From the NCBI RefSeq assembly GCF_001194135.2, contig NC_068988.1, positions 44,473,555 to 44,525,187 of the forward strand: a stretch of 51,633 bases of DNA. The letters run 5' to 3'. Each line of letters starts with the position of its first letter. Position 1 is the first letter of the stretch. The position numbers and the translations under genes are program-made. The notes under the pieces were generated by a model, which was not told where the DNA came from, did no database searches, and saw only the letters and a program-made list of their open reading frames with translations. Below, piece after piece: positions 46,313 through 51,633 of the stretch. This DNA is from Octopus bimaculoides (Eukaryota).

Positions 46313-47088
46313 CTGACTGTCCTCATTTAACGACCACTCGGAGTTCCGACGAACTTTACGAGCCGTCATTACATATTTTACAAAATATAAAAACTTAAAA
46401 ACTTTGACTGTCGTATTGTACGCTGTAGAAGAACTGCCGTTGTGATGGCAGCGCAACCCGAGCACCCAGCCTCACCCTCCGACACACTCGCTCTCTCACT
46501 CTCCCGCCTGTGGTCAGCCAGGGAACACGGTGACGATCTCTGTACCTATATTATTATTTCGTCTCTTTTTTCTATTATCTCTTGAACTTTTCCGATGTTA
46601 TCGAGAAATTTATGACGAAAAATAGAAGATAACAAAGCAAACAACACTGACGGGATTTTTCATGCATTTTGTAATCTTTATCCAAAGTAAAACTAAGTTA
46701 TTATGTTTGAGTTTCCTTTAAACCTTTTCACCTTTTCTATATAATAGTGAGAAAAGTTTATTAGGCATCCTGTGTACTGGACCTGGAATCACAAACATAC
46801 TTACGATGTCTGAGCTACAATAATACAATATCCATATCCTAAATTTTAAGGTTTTCCTTGTGATAATCTTACTGTTACTTATTCATTTTTCAACAATTTA
46901 TGTTAGTGATTCTTGGCCCTGTACTGCATATACTTTATACAGTACGGTATTCTGTTTTTAGATGTACGTACAGTACACTATACCTATTAAAAAAAAAATA
47001 CGTACCCTATGAATATTCATTTAACGATGAATTTGCTTAACGACGGAGCTGTTGGAATGTAACTCGGTCGTTAAATGAGGACAGTCTA
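46313..47088. mobile_element. Tigger/pogo-like non-autonomous element (776 bp)
   Basis: TA|CTGACTGTCCTCATTTAACGACC ... GGTCGTTAAATGAGGACAGTCTA|TA: a 21-bp perfect inverted core with TA flanks. Confidence 0.85.
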
Positions 47089-47939
47089 TATACACGTGAT
47101 TACCACATGATTTGATTCAGTTCTTCTTTGTACAGTACTGATCTCTGGTGTTCCAGCAAATTCTTCTGTCCTCAAATGTTTCTTTCTAGAGAAATCAGAA
47201 TGAAAAAGTATGTTCATTGCTCCATCACACTCACTTACGTACATATATGCACAGAACACACACGCATGCATACACACACACACACACCTGCATGCAAACA
47301 CACACACATTTATGATGTATATATATATATGTGTTATATGAGTACAGGTGGCAAGTAATAATGCATAGATATGCATGTGTTTACCAGTGTGTAGCTGGAG
47401 TAAATGTATCTGTGTATTGGGTACATATCTAGCTGTGATATAGCACTATGTATATAATTTAACCAGTAATAATGCATATGAATAAATATTTACATACATG
47501 TGTGTATCTTTGTGCAACTATCAGCAATATTTGTGCTTACAAATGTTTATAACATGCTTGTGTATACATCATTTACTGTTGTAAACAGCAATATAAAAAT
47601 ATGAGTTTATGTATTAACTGCAATGGTAACACTTTGTAGAAATGCTTGAGTATACATACAAATGTGTATGTATATGCTTGTATCTAACTACTGACATGAA
47701 GAATTAGTTTATATATATAGATACTTGTGTGTATGTGAATAGCTAATAGGCATGCTTATTTTGTATTTCTATGTTTATCTTTGGGTATATGTGAATGTTG
47801 TTGAATGTGTGTGTGTATATGGCATGTGAATGTAGCAAGTATCAACGGAGTATAGAAATGTTCTAGATATTGTATATATTGTAATATTCATATTTTTGTG
47901 TAAGTATGTTTACATATCACTCCCCTCTCCCCCTCCTCT

Positions 47940-47943
47940 ATGT

Positions 47944-47990
<47 letters not shown>

Positions 47991-48072
47991 CACATACATA
48001 AGTATGTTTGTTGGCATACATACTTATATACACACACACGCACATAAACACACATATGTACATAAGTTTGTG

Positions 48073-48155
<83 letters not shown>

Positions 48156-48360
48156 ATATATATATATATATAAATATACATATATGTGTATGTGTGTGTG
48201 TGTGCGTGCGTGTGCGTGTGTGTGTGCATGTGTATATAGCAATTTAGATGAGAATTACTCTCTTTCTCTTCACTCCCTTGGTCTCTCTCTCTCTGTATAA
48301 ATATATATATATATATATGCCTTATGTACATGTTATGCATACATGTGAGTACATACAAAT

Positions 48361-48400
<40 letters not shown>
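47940..48400. repeat. Mixed (CA)/(TA)/(TG) microsatellite block
   Basis: Read directly. Confidence 0.95.
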
Positions 48401-48402
<2 letters not shown>

Positions 48403-49562
48403 ATATGTGGTCATCACCTATAATTACTGAAGCCAATAAATGCATGGAGTTCTCGTGAACCTGCCAGTTTTACCTGCCTCAAGTTTAAAATTACAACATG
48501 CAGCCGAGTGTTATTAATCAGGTTTGCTGAGGTTTATGATTTAAGCTTTTCAATCTTGTTATCTGGCCATTAAATAGTTACTTTAATGCAGGGACCAGCA
48601 TCTGAACATAGGGCAAAGGTCAGACAACAAATAAATACAACAGTAAGAAGACCAACAGAGACAACAAGAACAACTCAGTGAATTACGCGAAGTAAAGAAA
48701 GGATATAAAAGAAACAAAATTAAACATATTTGTTTGGAAATGTAAGGAATTTTTGCTGTCAGAAAAGGCATTGAAATATACTACTGTGTTTCTTTAACTT
48801 TGCACCATTTTTACTTCTTTGATATTCATTTCTTTTTCTAATAATTTTTGTCCGAGATGAGGATAACCAGGTGCAGTTAATGTAGGTAAATTATAATTTA
48901 TGTCTAATGCATGGAACAGCAAAATACTGACTAGAAATAAAAGAAAACATTATTAGTGAACTCATAATATTATTTTTATAGAAATCAAGGGAAACAAGTT
49001 TTGACATGTTTCTCTCTAGTTTTGACTTCATCAACAAAGTGCAGTTTTTGTCATACTGATGAGGAATGAATCTCCTAAGTAAACAAGAGTTGGTGATAGG
49101 AAAGACATCTAGCCATGGAAAAACCTACCTCCGGACAAGCATAGAAAGTAGATATTAAGAAAAATGAGAATGTTGTAGATTTGTTGATGTAGGAAAACAA
49201 AATTGTTCCGAAATTTTCTGTTTCAAAATGATATCTGCCTGCAAAATCAAACAACAGATAAATATAGTTGACTTGGATGTTTGAGGTAAAGGTCAGCAGT
49301 GGAAGAAGTAGTGAAAAAATGCAGCTCCAATAATAAGCAAACTGTTAAAAGTGGATCTGTGTTTCAGTTTTCCTAGTGGAGGAGACAGTCATAATCATCT
49401 TACTCTTATGAATCCTAGAAGAGTAAAAGGCAAAAACTACTCAGGCAAAATAAGAAGTCAAGATATTCAAAAAAGAAAAATGTAACTGTATCATTATCTC
49501 TTTGAGATGATTTTCATAAAAGTTTTTAAAGCATGACTGCCATATTGATTAGTTTGTTTTTC

Positions 49563-50208
49563 CTATTCTTTCTTTTATTTGTTTCAATCATTAGACTGAA
49601 GCCATGCTAGGGCACTGCCTTGAAAAACTATAGTTAAACAAATCGACCTTAAGAATTATTTTTTTAAGCCCACTACTTATTCTGTTGGTTTCTTTTGCTG
49701 AAGCGCTAAGTTACAGGGATGTAAACACACTAGCATCAGTTGTCAAGAGGTGGCGGGGGACAAACACAGACACAAAGACACACACACACATAGATATTAA
49801 GCAACTACAGATTTTATATATATATAAGGTCACTGCTAGCTTTCACTGTGTACACAACTCTGTGTGCTGCCATCTGTTGGTGTGCTAGAGGACTAGCCTG
49901 GAAACTTTGTGATATCACCTTGTACACATATGCATACATATGTACATACCAGTGTTAGTGTGTGGTAAGAAGCTTGCTTCCCAAGGACACGGTTCCGGGT
50001 TCAGTCCCACAGCAAGGCACCTTGGGCAAGTGTCTTTTATAGTTTTGGACTGACCAAAGACTTGTAAGTGGATTTGATGGATGGAAATTGAAAAAAGCCT
50101 GTCGTATGAATATATATGAATATATATGAATATATATGTCTTTGTGTATGTGTTTGTCCTCCACCACCACTTGACAACCAGTGTTGGTGCATTTACATCC
50201 CCATAACT
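49563..50208. mobile_element. Family A SINE fragments: 49563-49790(-) and 49950-50208(+)
   Basis: Both match family A segments (TTGTTTCAATCATTAGACTG; GTGTGGTAAGAAGCTTGCTTCCCAA...CACCTTGGGCAAGTGTC). Confidence 0.8.
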
Positions 50209-50629
50209 TTTCTGTTGAAAAGAAAAGCTCATTGAGAAAGATACAACTCCCCTTTTTTAATCACTCTGAAAAATGACTTGAGCCAAAATAATAAGCTCTC
50301 CAGTTCATGGCATAACAACATCACAGAGCAACTCAGATCTTATTCCTAATGCAACCAAGAATCAATTGCTTGACCAAACATGCTGTGCAGTGCCTGAGAT
50401 GGGATGTGAACCGTCAAGCCTTTGGCAAAAAGTCCTGCATTTATGTCTATTTGGCACAAAAGGCTATGTGTGAGTCAGCTTTCACTGTTGAGATTTGCCT
50501 GTTTCAGTCATTGGGTTCACATCAGTGCAAGTGTATGGTAAAGTCCATTAAATCATGATAAGTCTATTAAATCCTCTGCACATTTAGAAACATGTAATTG
50601 CTTAGGGAGAAGAGGAAGGGAACAAATTA

Positions 50630-50802
50630 CAATACACACACAGACACACACACACCACACACTTTTATATAAGTATGTATATTGTATATGTATATGTGTG
50701 GGTTAATGTGTAACTCTGTGTGTTTATGTGTGCATATATACATACATACAAACATACATATACATACACGCACACATTATCTATGAATCTATCCATCTAC
50801 CA

Positions 50803-50865
<63 letters not shown>

Positions 50866-50983
50866 CATGCACATATATACATATATATATGTATGTATAT
50901 ATATGTGCGTATACATATATGTATGTAAGTATGTGTGTGTATATATATATATATATATGCAAATGTATATATGTATGTATAAA

Positions 50984-51041
<58 letters not shown>

Positions 51042-51065
51042 TATGTATATATGTATGTATAAATT

Positions 51066-51109
<44 letters not shown>

Positions 51110-51190
51110 CATTCACATATGTATAAGCATTTACAAATATGTATATATGCGCACACATATCAATCATATGCATCCACACAGACACACTGA
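50630..51190. repeat. Mixed (TA)/(TG)/(CA) microsatellite block
   Basis: Read directly. Confidence 0.95.
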
Positions 51191-51633
51191 CACTCACACA
51201 TCCAAGCATATGCCCTCCCCCACAAATACAGTTAGTTCCATTTCCAATTGGAGTCTTTCACACTATTCAATTTCATGTTGCAGACATAAATGCTGAAGAA
51301 CTTTGGAGACTTTAGACTGATTCCTAAACGGAAGAATAATGGATTTTGTACAGCAGAAATACAATCATGAGAGGTAAAGTTATATGTTCAAAGTTAGTTA
51401 TCCTTTAGACAAGAAGTTGATTCTAATAGCACAGAACTGGTGCCATGGGGAACAGGTCACAGAATAATTGTAATTATACAAACCACACATATACACATCT
51501 ATGTATATGCTTCTCTCTCTCTCTCTGTGTATGTATGTATGTATATATATAAATTACTTTCTCTCAGACAGTGGCTACTTCTGTTACCATCAAAAGATTT
51601 CATCAATAAGCCTATATATATATATATATATAT

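Noticed and set aside
49056-49090. CTGATGAG as a hammerhead ribozyme core
   Set aside because: No correctly placed GAAA follows stem II, and the sequence looks like a SINE tail remnant.

Overview
This is AT-rich, repeat-dense animal genomic DNA from a gapped draft assembly with 7 N-runs. The SINE/LINE inventory and microsatellite load resemble what I recall of octopus (coleoid cephalopod) genomes; that assignment is inference, not a database match. I can identify no host gene, intact transposon ORF, rRNA, tRNA gene or CRISPR array. Most of the ORF track is microsatellite or N-gap artefact. Non-LTR relics: RTE 3' ends plus one endonuclease fragment, one long and several short R4/Dong-like (REL endonuclease) pieces, and a Penelope-like GIY-YIG fragment. 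DNA-transposon relics: mariner pieces, an internally deleted Helitron with a Pif1-helicase remnant, and hAT, piggyBac-like, Tigger-like and Tc2-like MITEs. About 35 tRNA-derived SINE copies or fragments are also present. Best leads: (1) a splice-acceptor-led frame (CQEDTWQEIEAKLKK...poly-N) at 27707 runs in frame into a Dong-like RT inserted in its (AAT)n tract. (2) Three long, near-perfect fold-backs (12.5, 33.7, 44.2 kb) and several inverted SINE pairs are candidate dsRNA/ADAR substrates. (3) The Helitron carries unexplained cargo with a GT-AG mini-intron. (4) A 182-bp direct repeat brackets a decayed endonuclease-like stretch. Several short exon candidates are listed at low confidence; I cannot join them into a recognisable protein.
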